Assembly: GCA_951406725.2 (NCBI GenBank)
Contig: OX597827.1
Span: forward strand, 10,540,001-10,604,000
Source: Octopus vulgaris
Taxonomy: Eukaryota
DNA: 64,000 nt
Direction: 5' to 3'
Positions within the stretch are counted from its first letter, which is position 1. Every line of letters starts with the position of its first letter. The notes under the pieces are model-generated. The model saw only the letters and a list, made by a program, of their open reading frames with translations. It was not told the origin of the DNA and made no database searches. Of this stretch, positions 55,508-64,000 are shown one piece after another. The position numbers and the translations under genes were made by a program.

Positions 55508-55616
55508 AAAAAAATATGAAACACTTCATGTATTTGCACATCATCCATGCACCGGGGCCATGCTAATCTTCTCTGTATTGTTCTAATTTTTTCACGTGTA
55601 CTGCTGAAACAAGTAC
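55508..55616 (-). pseudogene. U6: U6 snRNA retropseudogene, full length
   Basis: gtacttgtttcagcagtac..aattagaacaatACAGAGAagattAGCatggcccc..gcatggatga..gcaaat.catgaagtgtttcatattttt; many CpG-type substitutions; microsatellite rather than PSE/TATA upstream. Confidence 0.9.
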
Positions 55617-55660
55617 AACAACAACAATGATGATGACAACAACAACAACAACAATAATAA

Positions 55661-56210
55661 AATGCCTTAATCCAGTACTAGGCAGTGGCTCTCATGGCTT
55701 CTGATCTTAACTGATTGGAAGTGTTATCATGTACATTGTCTTCTCTTAGTATAAAAGATTGGCTACGGCAAATATTCTACTCAATACTACAGACTTGCTT
55801 GTCAGTTGCTTGACCCTAACCAGTTGAGCAAGTCCCTTAGTGGCTGATGATATGTGCATCTCTGATCACGAGCAGAAGTAGTGGGGGAGCATCATAGCCC
55901 TGTGTTGAGAGGAATTCTTTGAGGTTTGAATAATTCACCTTTGGAAACATGGGTGTTTCATTCAACATCCTTAAACAACCCTTATTCCTTGACATTTTGA
56001 GCACGATGGGCTACTAAACCAGAAGAAAATTCTAAATGGTCATGCACTGTTTATCTTGATATAAGATCACCATGTTGCACACATATGGTTGTGATGCATG
56101 TGCCTGGTGTACCCTTATCAGACGGGTAGTCATGATGGGTATATATACTGGGCTTTGTATATTTTACCCTACTGTCATTCTAATGGCAAGCACTGCTCTC
56201 TCACCCAATA
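55661..56210. mobile_element. Unclassified ~550-bp element embedded in (AAT/AAC)n
   Basis: GC-richer block with sharp boundaries, flanked on both sides by AAT repeats; single copy in this window. Confidence 0.4.
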
Positions 56211-56259
56211 ATGATAATAATAATAATAATAACAATAATAATAATAATAATAATAATAA

Positions 56260-56484
56260 TGGTTTCAAATTTTGCCACAAGGGCAGCCATTTTTGTGGGG
56301 AGGGGCTAGGCCAATTGCATCAAACCCAATGTTTCAATGGTACTTAATTTATCGACCCCAAAAAGGATGAAAGACAAAGTCAGTCTCGGGGAAATTTGAA
56401 CTCATAATATAGTGGCAGATGAAATACCGCTAAGCATTTCGCCCAGCATGCTAATGATCCTACCAGCTTGCTGCCTCAATAATG

Positions 56485-56540
<56 letters not shown>

Positions 56541-56944
56541 TTCTGCTATAGGCACAAGGCCTGAAATTCGGGGAGAGGGGAGTCGATTACAGTGACCCCA
56601 GTGCTTAACTGGTACTTATTTAATCAAGCCAGAAAGGATTAAAGGCAAAGTCAACCTCGGCGGAATTTGAACTCAGAACATAGTGGCAGATCAATTACTG
56701 CTAAGCATTTCACCCAGTGTGCCAATGATTCTTTTCTACACTAGGTACAAGGCCCGAAATTTTAGGGCATGGGGCCCGGTCAATTAAATTGACCCCAGTA
56801 TGCAACTGGTACTTAATTTATGGACCCTGAAAGGCTAAAATACAAAGTCGACCTCAGCAGGATTTGAACTCAGAACATAAAGACAGACGAAATACTGCTA
56901 AGCATTTCGTTCGGCATACTAACGTTTCTGCCAGCTTGCCACCT
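56260..56944 (-). mobile_element. Cluster of three family B-like SINEs with (ATT)n-tail variant
   Basis: Repeated cacaagg..gaccccagt..ctggtactta..aaagtc.acctc..atttgaactcagaac..ctaagcatttc. Confidence 0.8.
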
Positions 56945-57431
56945 TAACAATAATAATAATAACAATAATTTCCTGCCTTCAGTATTCTAAAAGTAGAAAT
57001 ACTTCTTAGCTAGGGAGTAATCTACCGCAATTATATTCTCCATGTTAATTTGATTTGTGAGGGGGGGGGGTAAAAAAAATCATTTGAAGATATTAAAATA
57101 TCATTCCAGCCAACATCGTCATCAATGTCAACATCGTTGTCATCGCTGTCAATGTCATTGACATCATAGTCACCAGCGTCACCGTCATTGATGTCAGATC
57201 AGCACCACTATGTCCACAACCACCACAAGCTCAACAGCCATTACCACTACCACCACCCCTACCACCACCACCACCACCACCCATTGCTGCCACTGTTACT
57301 GATGCCCTAGCCACCACCGTCCTTACCACCACTGTGATAACCACTACTGCAACCACCATAACTATCACTACCACAACTACTACCACAGCAACTACTACTG
57401 CTAATGGTGCTGTCACCACTGCCACCACCAT

Positions 57432-57466
<35 letters not shown>

Positions 57467-58191
57467 CATTTAATTATTGATTCTTTAATTGATTAAAAGT
57501 CAGGTGCTGGATACTGTAATTTTTTTCTTTTTTTGTGTGTGTGCGTGTGGCATGTGTGCATGTGTGTGTGTGGCCTTGTGCATGTGTGTTTGTGTGTGTG
57601 TGGCTTTGTGCATGTGTGTGTGTGTGGCGTGTGTGTGTGTGAGTGTGTGTGTGTCTGTGACATGTGTGTGGAGGTGGTGTATCAAACTTGAATTTAAAAT
57701 ATTCAATCTTTGGTGTGGGCGAATAAAAATAATTTTTGGTGGGGGAAAAAAATTGCTGTTATTAATAGAAATATCTGACAATATTTATCATTGTGACAAT
57801 CTAAGTCTATACATAATAAATATTCTGTTACTGATTAAAATGACAACACTATTGATTTCTAATAACTTTTGGCATAATATATAAACTGGTGAAAGCTGTT
57901 CAAAGTTGTCTTGTTGCAAGAAAAAAAAATAGAAGATATTAAAAGAAAATCCTGTAGTTGAATAAAGCCTCATGAGAAAATTTGATAGACACAAGCTGAA
58001 AGATGCCTGTCATATACATATGTATATGTATGTGCGTGTGTATGTATATATATATATATGTGTGTGTGTATGTATGTATGTATGTATGTATGTTGGTATA
58101 TATGTATGTTTGTATGTAAGTATATATATATATATATATATAGTTTAAATTTACAGGAAACAAAGGACAAAGACAGGTGAAAAATGGAAAA

Positions 58192-58230
58192 GTTCTTGAC
58201 ATTTCGAGCCTACCCTCTTCAACAGAAAGG
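58192..58230 (-). ncRNA. Degenerate hammerhead-like motif in a PLE-type repeat
   Basis: cttt CTGTTGA a gagg-gtag-gctc GAAA tg TC aaga. Confidence 0.4.
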
Positions 58231-58531
58231 ATTAAGAGAAAAGGGAGAGAAAATGAAAAATACAGAGAGAAAAAATGTGTAGAGATTAACAGTTCAACAT
58301 CAAGAAATGGCTGGAAGAAAGGGAGATAATAATGGTTACCTGGCTGAATTAGGGTGCACAAGTGCATGTGCGTATATATATATATATATATGGAGAAATA
58401 GACAGACAGACAGACAGATAGATAAGTAGATAGATAGATATATAGATAGATAGATCGCCATGTTGATTCGCTAGCCTCTGCATGCATTTTTTTTTTCTTT
58501 CCTTGTTTCTCTCCGTGTTTCTTTTCTGTGT

Positions 58532-58571
58532 GTCTTTCTGTTGAAGAGCGTAGGCTCGAAACATAAAAGAC
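58532..58571 (+). ncRNA. Hammerhead-like motif with variant core
   Basis: gtcttt CTGTTGA a gagc-gtag-gctc GAAA ca TA aaagac; 6-bp stem I and 4-bp stem II perfect. Confidence 0.55.
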
Positions 58572-58667
58572 TTGTTTTATTTATATTCCTGAGCGCCATA
58601 CTAATACAATTGTTTGTCTGTATTCCACCTGCCTTCGTCTTTTGTTTATTTTCATAAAGCTTCCCGT

Positions 58668-58701
<34 letters not shown>

Positions 58702-59551
58702 TGTGTGCATGTCTTTTTGCTTCATTTAATTTTGATTAAGACCCTTCAAGGCAATGCACCAGCATGGCCACAGTCCGAAGACTAAAACAAATAAAAGATA
58801 AACAACAAAAGATCAAAGATAGTGCCACTTTCCGGCTACTCATAATTCCAGTTGAAACTGGCAGTAAGAAAGTGGGTTATAATAACTGAATTTATAATTG
58901 ACCCCAGGTCAAGCCAGGCCCAAAATTTTAGTGGGAGGAACAAGTTGATCAATCAAACCTAGAAGTGATTGATACTTTATACAGTTAACTCTGGAAGAAT
59001 GAAAGCAAAGTTCACTTAAACAGGATTTGAACTCAGATCATAAATATATGGGGCGAAGCCTGGAAGACATATTGTTTCTTATGCTATAAAGACTATATCA
59101 ATTCACTGTCCTAAACTGTGTATAATATGCATACAGGGCTAGAAATTTTGGAGGAAGGGTTAGTAAATAAAATCAGTCTCAGTACTTGACTGATACTTTT
59201 TTTAATTGACCCTTGTTGCATGAAAGGAAAAGTTGGCCATAAGAGAATTGGAACTCAGAACATGAAGCAGAACAAATATTATATAATAAAATTTGCCTGA
59301 CACGCTAAAGGTTCTGCAAATTCACTATACACTTGAAGTATGGGAGTTAATAATATTAACATATTATAATATGTAGGTGTGGCTGCATGATGAAGATTTC
59401 TTCCCAACCGTATGGTTTCATGTTCAATTCCACTCTACAGAACATTTGGCAAAGATCTTTTATTATAGTCTTGCACCAACAAATGTCTTGTGAGTGAATT
59501 TGGTAGACAGAAGCCGAAGGAATACCGTTGAGTGTGTGTGTGTGTGTGTGC

Positions 59552-59582
<31 letters not shown>

Positions 59583-59790
59583 CGTGCATGTGTGTTTGTG
59601 TGTGTGTATACATGTATGCATGTATATATACATACATACATACATACATACATACATACATACATACATACAAACATACATATGTATATATACAAAGTTA
59701 ATCCAAACAAGAAAGCACAAAAAACACAACGCGAGTACATGGAACAAATATAGTATTATAGGACGCTCAGGAAAGAAGGAAAGAAGGAGG

Positions 59791-59825
59791 GTTTAACATT
59801 TCGAGCGGAGCTCTTTGTCGGAAAC
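59791..59825 (-). ncRNA. Degenerate hammerhead-like motif
   Basis: gttt CCGACAA a gagc-tcc-gctc GAAA tg TT aaac. Confidence 0.45.
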
Positions 59826-59899
59826 ATAGGAGAAGGAAAGATCCAGAGAAGGGAAGACAGAGGAAAAAAAATTGCCAATGGTACACACGCGGTCACATT

Positions 59900-59947
<48 letters not shown>

Positions 59948-60033
59948 AGAATTCACGAAAAAAACAAAAGACGAAGACAGGTGTTGTAGAAAACAAACAT
60001 ATGTATTAGTATAATGCTCGGGAATTGGAAAAG

Positions 60034-60071
60034 TCTTTAATGTTTCGAGCCTACGCCCTTCCACAGAAAGA
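60034..60071 (-). ncRNA. Degenerate hammerhead-like motif
   Basis: tcttt CTGTGGA a gggc-gtag-gctc GAAA ca TT aaaga. Confidence 0.45.
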
Positions 60072-60320
60072 AATACAGAAAGAAACAAGGAGAGAAAAAA
60101 AATCTGTGTAGTGTTTACCGATCTATCATGATTCCTTTCCATTATAGTGCTAAAGCATGTCCGACCATGGGGAAATATTACCTTGCTTGAAAACAAGTAA
60201 AAGTTGTCAGCAGGAGTGGGCATCTGGTTGTAGACAATTTGCCTCAGTAAATTTCTGTCTGACACAGTCAAGTACAGAAAAGGTGTGTATAAAAACGACG
60301 ATGACAACAACAACAATAAC

Positions 60321-60354
<34 letters not shown>

Positions 60355-60588
60355 ATGACGACGATGATGATACCCCTTTCAGAGATTGTTTATCTGGAAA
60401 AAACCCCAGCAGCATCAGCTTTGACAAAGAACTATGACATATTTCTGTAAAAAGCCAAATAATATCTCATGCAAGCTAAGCATAACTTAGTATTTTATTT
60501 ATTAAAAAAAATCAAAAAAAAAAATCCAATTCCTCATTAGAAACCTATTCAAATTTATCATAGAGAGGTACACATATTTACAACCAAG

Positions 60589-60750
<162 letters not shown>

Positions 60751-61174
60751 AGTGTTTTCTGGTTAATGGAATCAGTTTTCTATTTTTCTATATTACAGAG
60801 CTATTTTATGTTTTTATATTTTTGCCTTTTAGTTGATGTTTAATGTTAAAGTAACATTTAAAACTTGATATATGAAGCAGCATCTTTTTTAAAAACATTT
60901 ACATAATCATTTATAAATTATTTTCAACTCAGCGTTTTGTGAAAATGACATGATATTTGATAGCTGATTTAGAAAGTTGTGGCAAAATCTCCCCAGCCAG
61001 CAAAAGAAAATGAGAAGAAAAGAAATTTTTAAAAAATCAAATGCAGTAATAAAATTTATGAAAGGTTCTAAATTCTATCTAAATTAATCTAAAATATTGC
61101 AGAATGGTTGTACACTTATGGAGCAAAATTAAAAGAAAGCTTTAATACGTAAGCAAAGGTGAGAATGAATAATA

Positions 61175-61741
61175 TTGAGTTGTCCGGAGAATTCGTGCCG
61201 ATTTATATTAGCTTACCTTTTGACTTATTTTAGAATATGGTTGAGTCCATAAAATAGGATTTGACTACACCTCCATTTAGAGCACAGTTTAAGCTATCTT
61301 TTCGTGGAAGAAGATTTATGTTCCCATAACCTGTGTTAAATCTGTAACCCTTTAAAATGGAAGATAAGAAAGTTCATTTTCGGTACTTGATGCTTTGGGA
61401 ACCCAGCAAAAATTGCTGCAGCTCGGCTGGGATGTGTTACCCTACCCTCCACATTCACCAGATATTACTCCTTCGGATTTCTACTTATTCAGGTCTCTGC
61501 AGAATAGTCTTAATGGTAAACATTTCAATTCCTTGGATGACGTAAAAAGATACCTTGATGAATTCTTTGCCATGAAACCACCTCGAATTCTGGGAAGAGG
61601 GTATTTTCAAGTTAAAGGAAAGATGGAGATGCATTGTGCAACAAAATAGTTCATATTTGGTTGATTAAAAATGTAATGGCAAGTATTTATTGACCTTTTT
61701 ATTTCCTTTAAAAATCAGCATGAACTTTCCAGACAACCCAA
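61175..61741 (+). mobile_element. Internally deleted mariner element
   Basis: TA-ttgagttgtccggagaattcgtgccgatttt / aaaatcagcatgaactttccagacaacccaa-TA TIRs; MEDKKVHFRYLMLWE fused to QKLLQLGWDVLPYPPHSPDITPSDFYLFRSLQNSL (HPPYSPDLAPSD motif). Confidence 0.9.
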
Positions 61742-62029
61742 TACTTTCCACTATAGGCACAAGTCCCAAAATTTGGTAACAGTGGGCTAGTCAATTACAT
61801 CAACTTCAGTGTTCAACTACTATTTATTTCATCAACCCTGAAAGGCAGCATTGTGGCAAGGACCATAAAGGCTAAATGGAACAGGATAGAGTTATGTTCC
61901 CTCAATCTGTCATCGGTAGGTGGTGCTGTGATGGCACTTCAGCTAGGGAGGTATAAAAACCCTAGAGGGATAACCATCTTCTTCTCTTTCGCTGTTCCCC
62001 CTTCTAGGCAGGCCACTTGTCAACTGACG

Positions 62030-62286
62030 TGGAGGCACATGGCTTAGTGGTTAGGATGTTGAACTCATGATCGTAAGGTTGTGGTTTCGATTCCTGGACC
62101 AGGCAATGTGTTGTGTTCTTGAGCAAATCACTTCATTTCACGTTGCCCCAGTCCACTCAGCTGGCAAAAATTAGTAATCCTGCGATGGACTGGCGTCCCA
62201 TCCAGGTGGGGAATTTCTACGCCACTGAAACCGGGAAACTGGCCCTTATGAGCCTGGCATGGCTCGAGAAGGAACATTTATTATTT
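62030..62286 (+). mobile_element. tRNA-headed CORE-like SINE with type ii tail
   Basis: tggcttagtgg A-box, ggtttcgattcc B-box, cctgcgatggactggcgtccc tail; tcaactgac direct repeat. Confidence 0.8.
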
Positions 62287-62520
62287 TCAACTGACACAGC
62301 CAGATAGGACTGCTAGCTCGCTTTGCTTTTAGCCATTACCAATTCCTCATTATGTAGCTGGAGCCTTTCATACTCTCTTCCGTTTCAACATCAACCACAT
62401 AAGATGTAACCACATTTGTATGACTTTTATCGAATCACATCCCCGTTAGTATGAACACTGTTATAAAAACTTGTTTAACTTTGACTTGATGCTGTTTGTC
62501 ACACCTGTACATGCATCTTA

Positions 62521-62907
62521 GGTGGAGGCGCAATGGCCCAGTGGTTAGGGCAGCGGACTCGCGGTCATAGGATCACGGTTTTGATTCCCAGACCGGGCGT
62601 TGTGAGTGTTTATTGAGCGAAAACACCTAAAAAGCTCCACGAGGCTCCAGCAGGGGATGGTGGTGATCCCTGCTGTACTCTTTCACCACAACTTTCTCTC
62701 ACTCTTACTTCCTGTTTCTGTTGTACCTGTATTTCAAGGAGCTGGCCTTGTCACTCTCTGTGTCACGCTGAATATCTCCGAGAACTACGTTAAGGGTACA
62801 CGTGTCTGTGGAGTGCTCAGCCACTTGCACGTTAATTTCACGAGCAGGCTGTTCCATTGATTCGGATCAACCAGAACCCTCATCGTCGTAACCGACGGAG
62901 TGCTTCC
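62521..62907 (+). mobile_element. SINE family C (tail type i), young
   Basis: Intact A and B boxes; 12-bp TSD acatgcatctta at 62509-62520 and 62908-62919. Confidence 0.92.
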
Positions 62908-63206
62908 ACATGCATCTTAACTCAAACAAGAACACAGGATTCCTGTCCACTCTTCATTAAAGAGTCAACCTTTGTGGAATTTGAACTCAGAACATAAAAG
63001 TGGATGAAACGCCACTAAGCATTTTCCCAACACACTCACAGTTTTGTCAGTTCACCACCTTAGTGAACCTTGGTAAGAGTAAATAATAATCTTACAATAA
63101 TTCTGCTTGTCATTCCGTTACTTCGACTGTCCATAATGATTCCACATGATTAGCTGTACAGAACCTTTTTCATTCACAGTTCTAGATTTAACAGAGGAGG
63201 AATTAT

Positions 63207-63364
63207 GTACATTATTTACATTCAATGGATATTTGTCCTCATCTTGTTTGTTGTTAACACAACGTTTCGCCTGATATACCCTCCAGCCTTCATCAGGTGT
63301 CTTGGGGAAACTTCAAACCTGGGTTCACATTCCTAAGGTATTTTCGATATTATTATTATTATTA

Positions 63365-63398
<34 letters not shown>

Positions 63399-63399
63399 C

Positions 63400-63430
<31 letters not shown>

Positions 63431-63571
63431 TCACTGTTTGGAGTTGAACTCAGAATCTTGGGGTTAATAGCCCGCATTCTTAACCACTATGCCATATGCC
63501 GAAACATTGTGTTAACAACAAACAAGATGAGGACAAATATCCGTCGAATGTAAATAATGTAAATAATGTAC
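63207..63571 (-). mobile_element. tRNA-headed, hammerhead-containing non-autonomous retroelement with an inverted terminal duplication
   Basis: A-box TGGCATAGTGG (63494-63484), B-box-like agttcaactcc, (AAT)n, hammerhead; 63207-63270 inverted at 63501-63571. Confidence 0.7.
63256..63301 (-). ncRNA. Minimal type-I hammerhead ribozyme-like motif
   Basis: gacac CTGATGA a ggctg-gagggtatat-caggc GAAA cg TT gtgtt; intact core, one stem II mismatch, palindromic AACGTT stem III. Confidence 0.7.
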
Positions 63572-63576
63572 TTTTC

Positions 63577-63660
63577 CAAAAAATTTCTGGACCCACACAT
63601 AAACATGCAGGTGCATGATCATGCACCTGTATGTTTATGCATGGATCCAGGTATTTTTTG
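63577..63660. repeat. Spacerless 84-bp imperfect palindrome
   Basis: Centre ..ggtgcatga|tcatgcacc.. at 63618/63619; 42-bp arms with ~4 mismatches and 2 G-T pairs. Confidence 0.9.
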
Positions 63661-64000
63661 AATAATACTGGCAGGTGCCCATACATGGAAGTTTTCCCTC
63701 TCCACACCATCAATGTTTACCCAAAAGGAAAAGTTACCAATTTGGGTCGGCACAGCTTGGCACCAGTGTCATCAACGACATTGTTATCCAAGCACAAAGA
63801 GCTGGAATAGGTACCACAAGACGTTTTGTCTAATAACAGTTCTGCCAATCTATGATGATGGATTAGCACTGGGTTTTTTTTTTTTCGTTATCAGCCCTGA
63901 AAGATAAAAGGCAAAGTTGACCATGGTAGGATTTGAACTCAGAACATGGAGAACCAGAACAGTTGCTGAAAAACATTCTATTCAAATACTTTAACAACTC

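Larger units (their letters stand above)
61850..62955 (+). mobile_element. Possible solo-LTR-like insert splitting an old family B SINE, itself carrying two SINEs
   Basis: Old B copy stops at ~61846 and resumes at ~62960; insert starts tgtgg and contains tataaaaa; no clean TSD. Confidence 0.3.

Noticed and set aside
55508-55616. Functional U6 gene
   Set aside because: Many substitutions, including CpG decay, and no upstream PSE/TATA.
62521-62600. Functional tRNA genes at SINE heads
   Set aside because: Heads run directly into SINE bodies with TSDs and lack a complete acceptor stem.

Overview
AT-rich eukaryotic non-coding DNA, most likely a large intron or intergenic region of an octopus/coleoid genome (inferred from the tRNA-headed SINE families and the extreme (TA)n/(CATA)n/(GAT)n density; not confirmed by any search). 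I found no intact host protein-coding gene; nearly all ORFs in the track are microsatellite or repeat read-throughs. The window holds three abundant tRNA-headed SINE families (here called A, B, C), a (GAT)n-tailed retroposon family (D), hAT, piggyBac-type and Tc1/mariner MITEs or remnants, two non-autonomous Helitrons, a CR1-type LINE 3' end, Penelope-like (PLE) fragments and a U6 snRNA retropseudogene. The most interesting signals are: (1) about nine minimal type-I hammerhead-ribozyme-like motifs, those with an undecayed stem III being palindromic there, one inside a tRNA/Pol III-headed, PLE-like non-autonomous element (63207-63571); (2) a ~54-copy 19-bp tandem array resembling a tRNA D-arm/A-box, grown inside a retroposon; (3) a U6 copy that appears fused to a SINE-type tail; (4) SINE tail swapping and self-insertion with homologous junctions; (5) a degenerate ~42-bp higher-order satellite. 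Coordinates of diverged repeats are approximate, and A-D are local labels only.
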